A stretch of 64,000 nucleotides of DNA from the human T2T-CHM13v2.0 reference genome, Homo sapiens. The stretch is from the NCBI RefSeq assembly GCF_009914755.1, contig NC_060934.1; one strand, written 5' to 3'. This document shows, in pieces, positions 28,420 to 44,999 of the stretch. A program made the translations under genes and the position numbers. The notes beneath the pieces are model-generated. The model was not told the origin of the DNA. It was given only the letters and a program-made list of their open reading frames with translations, and did no database searches. Position 1 is the first letter of the stretch, and every line of letters starts with the position of its first letter.

Positions 28420-28504
28420 GATGCTGAGTATCTACATGGATACATTAAATATATTTATGCGAGTTGCAACTATGCTGGCAACTGGAGGCAACAGAAAGAA
28501 ATGA
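28420..28504 (+). CDS. GHITM: GHITM exon 9 coding part (MLSIYMDTLNIFMRVATMLATGGNRKK*)
   Basis: tag|GATG; TGA 28502-28504; exons sum to 1038 nt = 345 aa + stop; contains D325. Confidence 0.97.
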
Positions 28505-28677
28505 AGTGACTCAGCTTCTGGCTTCTCTGCTACATCAAATATCTTGTTTAATGGGGCAGATATGCATTAAATAGTTTGTACAAGCAGCTTTCGTTGAAGT
28601 TTAGAAGATAAGAAACATGTCATCATATTTAAATGTTCCGGTAATGTGATGCCTCAGGTCTGCCTTTTTTTCTGGAG

Positions 28678-28683
28678 AATAAA
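28678..28683 (+). terminator. Candidate proximal polyadenylation signal of GHITM
   Basis: AATAAA 174 nt after the stop, followed by T/GT-rich sequence; ATTAAA also at 28566. Confidence 0.5.
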
Positions 28684-29924
28684 TGCAGTAATCCTCTCCC
28701 AAATAAGCACACACATTTTCAATTCTCATGTTTGAGTGATTTTAAAATGTTTTGGTGAATGTGAAAACTAAAGTTTGTGTCATGAGAATGTAAGTCTTTT
28801 TTCTACTTTAAAATTTAGTAGGTTCACTGAGTAACTAAAATTTAGCAAACCTGTGTTTGCATATTTTTTTGGAGTGCAGAATATTGTAATTAATGTCATA
28901 AGTGATTTGGAGCTTTGGTAAAGGGACCAGAGAGAAGGAGTCACCTGCAGTCTTTTGTTTTTTTAAATACTTAGAACTTAGCACTTGTGTTATTGATTAG
29001 TGAGGAGCCAGTAAGAAACATCTGGGTATTTGGAAACAAGTGGTCATTGTTACATTCATCTGCTGAACTTAACAAAACTGTTCATCCTGAAACAGGCACA
29101 GGTGATGCATTCTCCTGCTGTTGCTTCTCAGTGCTCTCTTTCCAATATAGATGTGGTCATGTTTGACTTGTACAGAATGTTAATCATACAGAGAATCCTT
29201 GATGGAATTATATATGTGTGTTTTACTTTTGAATGTTACAAAAGGAAATAACTTTAAAACTATTCTCAAGAGAAAATATTCAAAGCATGAAATATGTTGC
29301 TTTTTCCAGAATACAAACAGTATACTCATGATTGCTAAGTGTTTTTTTATTTTTGCATATTTATTGAACTGTCTAATTGAATACAGCTTGCTCTTGTCAC
29401 CTCTTCAAGCTTTCAAGCCTTTATAGAAAAGCTTCTTTGTGGCTTACACTGGAAATTATGAAAGCAGTTTTTCTCCTAAGACTTTTGGTTTCTCGCATTG
29501 CCTCTCAGACTAAGCACTAAAAAGCAAAGCAAAACAGAACTAGTTCTGTCTTAATGAAATATATCAACCCAAAAGTGTAATGAGGAAAATGCTTCATTAG
29601 TTTCCCCTAGCAGACTTTTACTTCTCTTACACTGCTACACCATTACTTTCTTGAGACATTTGTAAGTTCTTTGATACAGAAGAGTTATATTTAGAAGTCT
29701 TTAATGAAGGGAAAGAAGTCTGTATGATGACTGAGGTGATTGCTCTTTTTGACAAATGTTTATTACAGTAATGCAGAAATACTGTTAATCATCTCAAAGT
29801 ACATAGGAGGCTTATTTCTGAAACAAAGGTTTCAGCCAGATGTTGATTAGTCTAATTTTTCCAAGTGAATCATATGCATGCCATTTGAATAGGGATTTCT
29901 TCAAGAAAGCAACTTAGTTTCTTG

Positions 29925-30145
29925 CCAGTATAGTATAGTGCAGTGTGATAAGTACATGATACTTGTAGCTAGACTACCTCTATTTGAATCTCAACTCTTA
30001 TTTCTTATGTGACCTTGGGCAAATTACTTAACCTCTGTGTGCCCAGTTTCCTCTCCTGTAAAATGAATATATTGGAACCTGTCTTATAGGTTTATGGTTA
30101 AACGTGCAGGCACTTAGTAAGCATTACATAAGTCTTAGCTATTGA
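29925..30145. mobile_element. MIR SINE
   Basis: Core TGTGACCTTGGGCAAATTACTTAACCTCTGTGTGCCCAGTTTCCTC..CTGTAAAATG. Confidence 0.8.
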
Positions 30146-30596
30146 TGCTTTTTTTTATTAGTAAAAATGTAAATGCCAATTTTCTATTTTTCTTCTCCCC
30201 ATCCTGATACCCATATCAGTGTGATCTTAAAGTGCCTGTTTTCCTTAGTCACCTTTTAGAACCCAAAGTTTATGTCTTTTTTAAATTAATATCACACACA
30301 AAATGATATCATTTCAGTGATGGTATTAGGCAGTTTATCTAGAAAACCAAGGATTTTTTTACTGTTTTACTTTTTTTTTAAATAGAGGGGTTCAGTTTGG
30401 TCTTAAATTGGATTCAAACAATCCACTCACCTTGGCCTTCCTAAGTGTCGGCATTACTAGCTTGAGCCACTGCCCCCATCCTGGGTTGTTTTGTTGTTGT
30501 TGTTGTCGTTGTTGTTAATTTAATGACATTATGTTATTGGACTTCTTCTGACTTTGCTAAGACAATGAAGGCTATGCAAAATAATATATAAAATGT

Positions 30597-31067
<471 letters not shown>

Positions 31068-31602
31068 TTAGGTAAAAAAGTAAATGTCCATTTTTCATTT
31101 TCTGACATCGTCTGAAATACTAGAGGATAAATGAAACATGTTTTAAAATAATCCCGAGAAAAAAGGCCCTTTGAGTTGTTGCTTAAAATGGCATCTACTG
31201 AACAGTCAGAAAACATGAATTTTTTATGTAACAGGTGCCATGCTAGCTGGGCCCAGGGGAGACAATGATGAATAAAAGTAATTGCCTTCTAAAGCATATC
31301 AAATCCGTGTAAACACGGCCATAGGCCATTGGATGAGTGTCACAGAAAGGTAAGCAAAATGGAAATGCAGACTGAATAATAAGTTTCTAAGATGGCCCAG
31401 GAGGAAATTTTCAAGAGTAAGCATAGTAGGTAAAGCACACAGAAAAAGGTAGTATGGGCATTTCATACAATGGATGCTTGATGGGGGAGGGCTGCAGGGA
31501 GAGATGGACAAAGTGGAAAAAGATGGTAAGAAATGGAAATTCTCTTGAAGCTGGATTTCCCACTTGCTGCGGGTGTGTGCTTTGCTTAACATGTTAAAAC
31601 CT

Positions 31603-31851
31603 GCAGGCGTGGTGGCTCATGCCTGTAATCCCAACACTTCGGGAGGCTGAGGCAGGAGGATTGCTTGAGCCCAGGAGTTCAAGACCACTCTGCACAACAA
31701 AAAAACCCATCTCTACCAAAAATTTAAAAATCAGCAGGGTGCAGTGGCGCATGCCTGTAGTCCCAGCTACTCAGGAGGATTGCTTAAGTCTAGCATTTCG
31801 AAGCTGCGATTGTGCCACTGCACTCCTGCTGGGCAAAAAAAAAAAAAAAAA
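31603..31851 (+). mobile_element. Degenerate AluJ
   Basis: GGATTGCTTGAGCCCAGGAGTTC; internally deleted right arm; poly-A. Confidence 0.75.
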
Positions 31852-32159
31852 CTAGGAAGACAGGCAGGCATGTTTACCTTGAAATTGTATCTGGGTAACG
31901 TGTCCAGGTTAAAGGTACTAAAACTGAGTGATACCCAAGATATATAATTCCAGTGGGGTAGGGTGGCCCAGCTACACTAGTAATAGCTGATGTTTGAATT
32001 GAACTCTTTGCCCAAAGTTTGATCTTTGCACAAGGTCATATGGCTGGGAAGAATAATGAGACAAACTCCCTAACCAATTATGCCGGGAGGATAGATGATA
32101 GATCTAAAATCGTGTAGGACACAGCCATATAAAAGAAAGCAAGCTTGTCCTTATAGAGT

Positions 32160-32455
32160 TAGCTGGAGGCCATCATCCTGTTACAAACAACAAATTAACC
32201 CAGGAACAAAAAAACAAATGCCCCATGTTCTCACAAATGGGAACTAAACATTGGCTACTCATGGACATAAAGATGGTAATAATAGATACCTGGGATTCCT
32301 AGAGGAAGGAGTGGGGCAAGGGTTGAAAACCTATTGGACACTGTGCTCGGTATCTGGGTGATGGGATCATTGGTACTCCAAACCTCAGCATCACGCAGTA
32401 TACACAAGTAACAACCTGCACATGTATTCCATGAATCCAAAGTAAAAGTTGAAGT
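32160..32455 (+). mobile_element. L1 3' end (L1PB/L1MA-like)
   Basis: CTGGAGGCCATCATCC..., CCAAACCTCAGCATCACGCAGTATAC..AACCTGCACATGTA. Confidence 0.8.
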
Positions 32456-33874
32456 AGAATTTTGCTTGAGAATCACAAAAGCACTATACAAATTAAATAG
32501 GTTGAGATTCTATTAAAGTGTAAGTCACTTTTAAAATCTTGGGAATCAGTATTCTGAGTAAATTAAAGGAAATAGAACAGGAACATTTTAGTTTTCTGTG
32601 AAAAAAAAATTGACCTCAGTGAAGGATACTGGAAATCATCGTGCCTTCCTCACATCTATTTCTTACGGTACAAAATAGTCCTTTTTTGTATTGCCCAGTT
32701 CACTCCGAGCTACAAATCAAAATTGACCATTTTTTAAGGTCAATTTCATCAATAAGATGAAATCCTAAATGCATTCCATTTTTAACTAGCACAAAATGGA
32801 AATGACTTTTCGGGAATAGATTAGAAAGCTATGACTTTGAGGACTTTCCACCTTTAAGATTCTTTTGTGAAGCAATTCAGGAAGATGGACGGTGAACATT
32901 CAATTCATTAACATCTGAGAACCATGAAGAGAGTATTTTTTGCCACAAGCAAAAATGAACCTAAATAAAAGACTGGTGGGGGAGGAGAATCATAACGACC
33001 ATTATGGCCCGCATCTTATGGGCTGCTGCGCAGTTAGCATGAGGGGAGGCCTTGCACAAGCTCTTCCCCTCAGCCTCAGCATCCTGTTCTGCCTCATTTG
33101 TGGCTTGCGTCAGACTGAGTCACCCAGCGCAATGTCACTCTTCCTCAGGGGACTTCTCTCAACCTTCCACCTTCTACAGAGAGCTTGATGGATGGTGAGG
33201 TTGTTGCAACCTCACTGGATACAGATAGTAGAAGTGCGAGGATCCCCGTGGCTACACTCGAGATAAAATTAATGTGTTCTGGCAGGACTGAATGGACGTT
33301 TTTCCTCACAACCGTATACGCAAGTTTAGTAGTTTTTAAACATTCAATTTATGCTTTCCACTGGGCAATTTGTAAAAGCAGCATGATGACCCACAGGTAT
33401 GGTGTCAGTGGGCCATCATTCCTCCAAGTTAACCCTCCATATGCCTGACATGGATTTTCTCACCTGTGTCCCCAGAGTGTTTTTACACAGTCAACAGAGA
33501 AAACAGGTCCATGGCCATCTCATTGGAGGAATGTTACAGGTTTATTTTATTTGCTTAGTAGTTGAATTATCTCATTTCTAAGAGACAGCATTTTTTTGCA
33601 TTTCATTTCTGAAGTGCATATTCTATTTCAGGATTTTTCTTTTTTTTCTCAAAACTAGCATGTCTTAAAGTCAGTGGCATTTTAAAATGGAAAAATATTT
33701 GCCGGTGGTTTTCTTTTTCCCATGATTTTCTAATACTTCACTGTCCTGTAAGAACAGATATCTAAAGCATTGTCTTTTGATAAATGACCTCAGTAACTAA
33801 TTATTACTTATTTATGATTCAGAGGGGATCTTCTGAAGTACAAACAAGCTCACCCCACCCAGTTATGTACTTTT

Positions 33875-34459
<585 letters not shown>

Positions 34460-36159
34460 CCCAGTTACGTACTTTTAAGTATGCAGGCTGAACGGACTGA
34501 GGTCAGCAACACAGAATGACCCCCAAACAGGAATATAAATGGAAGTTAAGAAAGGGCACGTTACTGGTTTGGTATGATCTGTTAGTAGAGTTAGGGATTT
34601 AATAGGTTCATTCCATTTGGTACACCTTGAGGGAATGAACTGTTAGCACCAGCTGTGGGGAAACACAAGGATGAATGGCTGGAAACCCATCATTCTAGAA
34701 GACAGCATCCAATGAGCAGTGGGAGTGGGTAGTTGCTAGGAGGATCTAATTCTAGAGAGAGAAGGCAGTGCTGGAGGCAGAAGCCTTTACTGTGGGTGGG
34801 GAATGTTAATCATTAGAAGCCACTGTTTTAAGAGATTAAATCAACATTTATTAGACACTCTAAAGTAGTACGAGAGTAGTTAAATGATAAGAAATAGCAA
34901 CACACTTCAATGATTCAAGGTAATTATAAAATCATTATCCAGAAATTACAAGAGGTTTATTCAGACTAATTGCCACCGGAGTTCAGAGGACGGAAGCAAA
35001 TATGAGGAGTGCATATAGGGACATTTGAGTCCAAACGCACCAGCCCAGAAGGGTTGGTACTTTGTGGAAAGGGGAATGTCTGGCCTGGCTCGCATGTGTA
35101 GCATCATGGGGACTTCCTGATCTCCTTTGCAGAGAACCCAACCTTCTCTGCCTGCAAGACCCTGACAAAAATGTGGGTATTCTTGAAAAGCTATAAAATG
35201 TCCTTCAGGACTCTGCTGTGTGACAATCAAATGACGCCACCCTTAACCACACTGTTTCTCAGAAGATGCAAGCATGATTGCCTTCCTCATTTAAATAGAA
35301 CGGTTATTTAAAAAGAAGTTGGATAAATTATGACAAGACTTTCACTGTTATTAATTCTGAGTGGCAGAAAAAAATGGGCATTTGATAAGAAAATGGGGCT
35401 TTTGGTATCTTTTTTAGTACATTATAGCTGCCCTTAAGTAATTTTGTAAAAGGCAAAGGACACATGGGGAGAAAATGAAAATTATGGAAACACTTTACAA
35501 GGAGCTTTCCAGATCCGGGAACTAGTGGAATGGCCCAGGAAAGCAGTCTCTCCGCCCTGCGGAACTGAACCCAGGGCCTTCAGGGTCCTCCTAGCCTGGC
35601 TCCTTCTGTGAGGTTGAAGTTTACCCCGGAGTACATGGCCCTAGCTGCACCTCCCACATCCCTGCCCTTTCCTGGGTGTGCTAGGTGTGGGGGTGAAAAT
35701 GCGGAGGCAAGGTGACACATGTCTGCTGGGAAGCCTGCTGTCAAATTGCAAAGTACAGAACAGACGCTGACAAACAGGATCCATCTCAGCCCTACCTGCA
35801 GTTTTCCAGCTCTAAGCACCGGCAAAAGAGGAAAGCTTTGGCACTGCTAATCCTCCTTTCTACACAACCTCCCTCCCTCCTGCCCGAGTTCCTCCTCGCA
35901 CTTGCTCTGTTTGTCCTCTCACCTTTCTCTGTCAAAATCTGCACTTGGATATGAGCCTAGGATCAGTCATTTGGACCTTAATTTCAGTGTGTGTGCTTCC
36001 TTTGCCTCAAATTGTGGCAAGAAAAATAGTCGTTCCTCATTAAAGCAGTATCAGCTATCCTTGAGCACAAGTGGGAGGTTGGGTATTTTTTGGAGACAGA
36101 TTGCTGTTGAAAAAGAAAGGAAGATCAGCAGTCCCACTACTGGCTATAAATTCTAGGGG

Positions 36160-36650
36160 AATTTAATCAGTATCTCGAAGAGATATCTGTACTCCTGTTT
36201 ATCACAGCACTATTCATGATGGCCAAGATGTGGAATCAAGCTAACTGTCCATTAACAGATGAATAGATAAGGAAAATGTGCTATATATACACAATGGAAT
36301 GCCACTCAAAAAATGCCTTTAAAAAGAATGAAATTCTGTTACTAGCAACAACAAGGATGAACCTGGAGGACCTTATGTTAAGAGAAATAAGCCAGGTACA
36401 GAAAGACAAAAAATGCACGTTTTCATTTCCATGTGGGATCTAAATCAAACTCATAGAAGCGGAGAGTAGAGTGGTGGTTACCAGGGGCTGGTGGGTGGGG
36501 GGGAATGAGGAGATGTTATAAATGATGTGTATTTATGGTGATGGATATGGTAATTAGTTTGATTCCATGATTCCACACTGTGTACATATAACATCACTGT
36601 GTCTGCCATGATAATATATTATTATAGTTTATCAAAAAATTAATTTTAAA
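36160..36650 (+). mobile_element. L1M (L1MA/MB) 3' fragment
   Basis: GATGAATAGATAAGGAAAATGTG..ACAATGGAAT; GATGAACCTGGAGGAC.TTATG..AAATAAGCCAGG. Confidence 0.8.
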
Positions 36651-36948
36651 ATATACTTCATTATCATATTATAAATTAAAAATGAGAATTCTGCAGAAAC
36701 TGGAAATCTAAGCCAGTGGTTACGATGTTAACCAAAAAGATCCAGAAGTTTAAAAAAAAAATTCCTGGGGAATAGTATTACATTTTGGATCAGCGTTAAG
36801 TTCAATTTCACTAGAATTTCAGGGTCAGAATGGCCTTGTTAGTTGAGTGTTCTAAACTCTTTTATCTGTAGTTAGGTACAATGGCATGTGCCTATAGTTC
36901 CAGCTGCCTGGGAGGCTAAGGTGGGAAGATCACTTGAGCCCAAGAGTT

Positions 36949-37779
36949 TGTTGATGAAAAGAATCCAACTCTGTAAAATATTTGAAGAGTTTTATTCTAA
37001 GCCAACTATGCATGACGATGGCCCATGACAGAACCCAGGAGATCACGAGAACATGTGCTCAAGGTGGTTGGGCTATAGCTTGGTGTTGTACATTTTAGGG
37101 AGACTTAAGATTTCGATGAATGCAGGTAAGATGTATATTGGTTCAGTACGGAAAGGTGGGACTACTCAGAGGGCTGGGGGGCTTCCAGATCATAGGTGGA
37201 TTCAAAGATTTTCTGAATAGCAATTTGTTGAAAGTTTATCTAAAGATCTAGAATCAATTGAAGGGATTGTGTGGGTTAAGATAAGAGGTTGTGGAGACCA
37301 AGGTTCTTCTTATGCAGATGAAGCCTCCAGGTGGCAGGCTTCAGAGAGAATTGATTATAAATGCTTCTTATCAGACTGGATACTAGACTCTTAGTTAATT
37401 CTCTCCTGGATCTGGAAAAAGACCTGGAAAAGGATGAAAATCAACTCTACAGAATGTTGATTTTCCCCTCGAGACAGCTTTGCAGGGCCATTTCAGAATA
37501 TGTCAAAGAAATACATTTTGGAGGTAAAATACGTATTTCTTTCAGGGCCTGCTAGCTGTAATATTGCTACAAAGAGTCTTCAGGTCTCTATTTTAACGTT
37601 AATGCTGGTCAGCTGTGCCTGAATTCCAACGGGAGGAGGGGGTAATGAGGCCTGTCTTCCCACCCATTCCCATCATGCCTGAACTAGCGTTTTAGGTTTA
37701 CTTTAGAATGCCCTTGGCCCAGAGGAGGAGTCCACTCAATTGGTTGGGGATGGGGCTTAGAATTTACTTTTGGTTTACA
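36949..37779 (-). mobile_element. MER4-family solo LTR inserted into an old Alu monomer (~36870-37880)
   Basis: TG...CA termini; 4-bp TSD AGTT (36945-36948, 37780-37783); Alu/7SL sequence resumes in register on both sides. Confidence 0.85.
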
Positions 37780-38601
37780 AGTTTGAGGCTGTAGGGCACA
37801 TAATATTATTGCACCTGTGAATAGGCACAGTACTGCAGCATGAGCAGCATAGCCAGAGGAGAACCTGTCTCAAAAAAGTAAAAGCCTTTTATCCTTAACT
37901 ATTGTAATACTCAATTATAATAAACGTGGGGGGTAAGAAAAATTGAGAAAGGAAGGGAAAGCTATGTACCCCATTTCTGAAAATTGGCCACCTAAAATAA
38001 TAAAAAATTATGTTCATATTGCATGGCGCTTTTAACATTACACTCTCATCCAGTGAATCTGTTCCTCTCCAGCTGCACCTACTATTTTACATCGAAAATA
38101 ACAAAGGCACAGAGAAGTTGAGCAACTTGTGCAGGTCACACAGCTAAAACATAGGAGAGCGCTGGTTAGAGCATGGATCATGTGGCTGTAAAGCCTGTGC
38201 TATTTTAACAAGTGTAGGGGAGGTAGAAAGACACCAAATACAAGGGTCCTGAGTCCCCTACTTTAGGCTGAAACTTGGGCTGGGTATGAAGGGGTGGGGG
38301 CAAAAGACAGAAACTCCAGAGAGAGAGAGAGCAAGGCCAAACATGAAGGGGGTATGCTTATCAAGAGCCCAGGGACTGGTTTCACACATGCTTCAACACC
38401 AACCTAGAGTGGCCATGGGAGAATGAAAGACATTGCCTTTTAGTCTCATCTTTGTGGCATAGTGGAGATCATGACATTTCAGCACATTCCCTGCGGAGGA
38501 GTCTGCAGGCCTGCTAGCTGCTGCCATAGTGAGGCAGGGTAGCCCTACCACCAATGCTATGGTGGACAGATCAACCCAGGGTACAAGGAGACAATAAACA
38601 A

Positions 38602-40123
<1,522 letters not shown>

Positions 40124-42441
40124 AAACAGTGGGAAAATTCACAGCACCCACGAGAGCCAAGGGTGTCCTCAAAAGGATCGGGGGTTGAGGGAACAGATAC
40201 TGGACAGACATACCAGCTTTGACCTCAGCAGCAGGATGCCCAGAGGCGGTAGGCTGGAGACTTACAAGGAAGTTCGGACTAACTGTAAAAATAGAGGAAA
40301 CTATTGGGTTTTTGTACAGGTCGTGGCGAGTGTGTGTACACTGAACATCAATGTTGTGAGTTATTCTCAATTGTGCATGAGCTCTCACGGAACTCTGGAA
40401 AGAAACTTTGGAGTCAGACAGATCTGGTTCCAGTTGAAAAATTCCCATAACCTTTTTTATGGAGTGAAGGGAAGGTTCCCTTTCCCTGTTGAGTGAGGTA
40501 ACAAGTAAATGCCTGTCTCCCTGAAGTGGGGAGATAATTAAATGAGGGGACAAGCAAAGGATGGTGCCCAGGCCTGGTGCCTCCCTTCATTATAAGCTGA
40601 GCTGCAGTTTGCTAAGTAAATAAGGTGGGAGAGTCATTTCTGATCAATGTTGGGGTCTATAAAACACTTTTGAAAGAAGAGCGTGGTGACTGGGAGTGAA
40701 GTGTGGGACTCACGCCCAGAGTGGTTTGCCAGTAAAGGGTGGAGATGCTCCAGGCAATTTCCTAACTGGCCTTAGAAATTACAAATTAAATTGAAAAAAA
40801 AAAGTCTTCCTTACAAATTCCCCAGTGTGTCAGGTGTGTCTCTGGAGAACTTTTCTTCTCAGGAAGGGAGGCAAGTTTTCAAAATCACCTTTGGAAATCA
40901 TCTAAAGCCTCAAATTTGAGTATTTTTTGTACCAAAACTGCTTATGCTCAAAACTAACAGGTGTTCCTGTTAAAATGCCTCTCATTTTCACCTTTCTCAG
41001 CTCAACATGAGATTTTGAATTTTCTAAAGAGCCCGAGGTGTTTCTTCCTTTTTTAAAGCAAGAATTTGACAGCTCTCTTTGAAATGTTAAAAGCAGGTGA
41101 AAATCTGTGAACAGTGATTGTCCCTGGGGAGTGGAGTTGAGGCAGAACTTACACTTTACGCCCTGTGTTATTTAAATTAATGTGGCATGGATTGCTTCAG
41201 TCATTTTTCTGTAAGTGTTTTAAAAGCAGGTAGAATTTTTTGACATCTGAATCTTTTCTTCCTTAGAAATATATGGTCCTAGGAAAACCTGCAAATCTGT
41301 GAATTGTATGTGTGAGTAGGGAAGGAAGAGAGCCCCTGAGATAGGAAATTCTTCCTGCTCTTAGCAGAGACTAGTGCGCTTAGTCTCTGTTCTTCAGTGA
41401 GAAGAAGAGCTGTGTTGAGAACCTAAAGTCTTTCTGACTCCATGGCTGAGTGGTTGAGGGATCTTGAGAAAATGACCGAAGACCTGGTTCAGTTGATCAG
41501 TGGATCCAGATGAATCTTTCTCTTCACTAACCTCAGAATCTGCCCCTAATTCCTGCACCACTGCTAAGCGATTACAGTGAGCTTTAAGAGTTGGCCTAGT
41601 CCGTAGCTGAACTCTGTCAGCTAGCTTGTTCTTTTCCCCTCTGATGATGGTTTGCCAAAAGCAGCAAGGAACTATTTCAACAAAAAACAGGTAACAGGTG
41701 AGTGCTAGCTGAAGGTGTGATGCTGCCCAGAGAACTCATGACAACACCCTCAAATGAGCCCTGAGAAAAATAAAATTGTGGTGCTGATCCTTGATATGGA
41801 ACATGGATGTAATTCTAACCTTAGGAAGCACCGTTAGGGAATGTTGCTGAGTTTATTAACCCTTAGCAGGCATTCCAAATAAGAGCAGTGTCCCAGCTAG
41901 CAATGCAGCCTCAAGAGGAACCCCACCTCTTCCTCACCCTCAAGCCTCTCCTGGGCTCCAGCTCTGCAATTGTCCCTGGTAGACTCCTGGGGTCTTCCTG
42001 CCCCTATCCTCTGCTGTGGCTGCTGTCCACTTCGCACAGATATCAGGACTCAGAGCATAGCCTGCAAAGAGTCTCTCTGGGGCCAGTCAGGTAACTGACA
42101 TAGCATGATGTGTAGTTCAAAGAAACCAGTTTATTTATGTGGATCAATTTTAGTTTTTGCAAATGCATAAAAGCATGAGGGCAGCCCATCAAAATGTCTC
42201 CTGCCATTGATTTGCCCACTGAGCAGCCTGAGCACGTGGTTTAAATTGCTTCTCTAATCTGTGACAAAAATAGAAGACCAATGAAGTGCACCATTGGCCA
42301 GTATCTGGCAGTGGGCAATGTCTGAATTGGCTTCCAGGAACCAGGGAGATCCTGAAGTGTTGAACCAGGTACTGGCATCTTCCCATATGTCCTTCAAGCT
42401 AGGAACAAGCATCAGATTTTTTGGTTAGAAGTTCATCCTTA

Positions 42442-43131
<690 letters not shown>

Positions 43132-44163
43132 AAAATTCACATTTTTTCTTCAGCCAGGGGCAATCCCCAACCCATGCTCAACAACTTGGAAACAACCTCC
43201 CACACATCTTAGCATTGTCATTGCTGGAAGAGAATTTGCATGCTCCTCAATTCTTATATCCTCTAGGCATTGGGCTTGCTTTCCTCCTCTTGCTCAAGTC
43301 TGACCTTCCGGATGACAGCTTGCTGGGGCCAGGTGGGCAGGTGTCACAGTGGACCTTCAGCACACCCAAGACATTGCAGAGCTCTGCACTGCTCAGAGCT
43401 GACCAGAGAGGCCCGACCACGCATAAAGGTGCAACAGGCCCACATGGCCTGCCCCTACCCACAGGGATCCTGCCCATCATTTCCCCTGGGCTCAGGTCTT
43501 GAGTCTCCAGCAGCTCACTATCCAGTGGGAAACAACAGGCTGAGGTAAAGGTCACAGCATGCATTAACACTACCTGTACCAGGGGCCAGGGAAGGCTTCA
43601 AGGCAGGGAGATTCTTGAGCTGGGGCTGGAAGCATGAGCAGAGCTGGTTTTATAGCAGGATGAGCTGCAGACAAAACCTCTCAGACACTGAGTTGTGGAA
43701 GGAAGGGCTTTATTCAGCTGGGAGCATCAGCAAGCTACTGCCTTAAAATCCAAGCTCCCCAAATACTCAATTTCTGTCCCTTTTAAGGGCTCACAACACT
43801 AAAGATTTCACATGAAAGGGTCGTGATTGATTTGAGCAAGCAGGCGGTACATGACAGGGGCTGCATGCACCAGTGGTCAGAGAGAAACAGAACAGGGCAG
43901 GGAGTTTCACAATGTTCTTCTATACAATGTCTGGAATCTATGAATAACATCAGTTTCTAAGTTATGAGTTGATTTTTAACTACTGGGTTTAGGCCAGACA
44001 GGCCCAGGCCTGGTTTCAGGCCTGGCACCAGGCTGCCTGTCTTTGGTTTTACTTCCTTGTCACTTTTTCTTAAAAGAGGTACTGAGTATAAAACAATATA
44101 AAACAATATGAGAGGGTCTCTCTCTCTTCCCTCATTTCCCCCCTTTGAGACTCTCAGTTTTTA

Positions 44164-44990
44164 TTAGTGGGAGTTCTGAGTCTTATTTTTGCTACTTATG
44201 TCTTTTTGTGCAATAGATTGATAGTGATTTATATAGTATGCTTCTGCTAAAGCATTTTGGTGAACTAAGGTCGTGACAAAGTTTTTTATCATTTGGAGAA
44301 ATACAGGTATCAGACAAAGGAGCAGTAAGCAGGTTTCTATTACTATTATTACTCTTATTATAAGAGTTTTAAATTTTTTCATTGCTGGGAACCAATTTGC
44401 AAACATGGCTCCCGGATTGAGCCCATGCCACACTTGCATGGGTACATGTGCCAGTTTTGTTATATCTTTAACTATATTTTTAACTACTTGCCCTTAATCA
44501 TTTATGTGTAGACAACAATTAGTAAGGTTAAATTTTTTACAAACTTCTCCTTCAGCTGCTAGCAAGTAGTCAAGAGCTAGTATATTTTGATAGATAAAAT
44601 TTCTCATCAGAGTCTCTTGCCGGGCAAGAACAGTCAAGGCTTGACCGGTTTTATTAGTAATAATTTCTAAAACCGCTTGTAACTGTATGATTCGGTTGAG
44701 CATGTAGATGGGGGTTCGATATCCTCATGAGCCATCTTGTGCCTAAGTGGTGGGTCTATAGTATTGTATGATTCTTTCAGGGGGCCATTCATTATTTTCT
44801 AATCACCTATGGCTATGCTTCATTTTTCACGGGAAGCATAGACTAGGAAGCCTAGAAGTTCACCTGTTTTTATTGGCAGTAAGAAGAAAGATGGCTTAAT
44901 GGTGCCAATTACACAGCTACCTGTCCAATTACACAGCTACCTGTCCACTGATCAGGCAGCTTAGCATAAGGTCAGTTGAAGTCCTTACTG
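44164..44990 (-). pseudogene. Degenerate env (TM subunit)
   Basis: [17 protein letters not shown]...[15 protein letters not shown] (immunosuppressive domain) followed by C-x6-CC-type [11 protein letters not shown] and a hydrophobic anchor; interrupted by stops. Confidence 0.85.
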
Positions 44991-44999
44991 TACAAGTCC

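Noticed and set aside
44164-44703. Possible domesticated syncytin-like env
   Set aside because: TM region is broken by stops and frameshifts, and there is no intact signal peptide or SU
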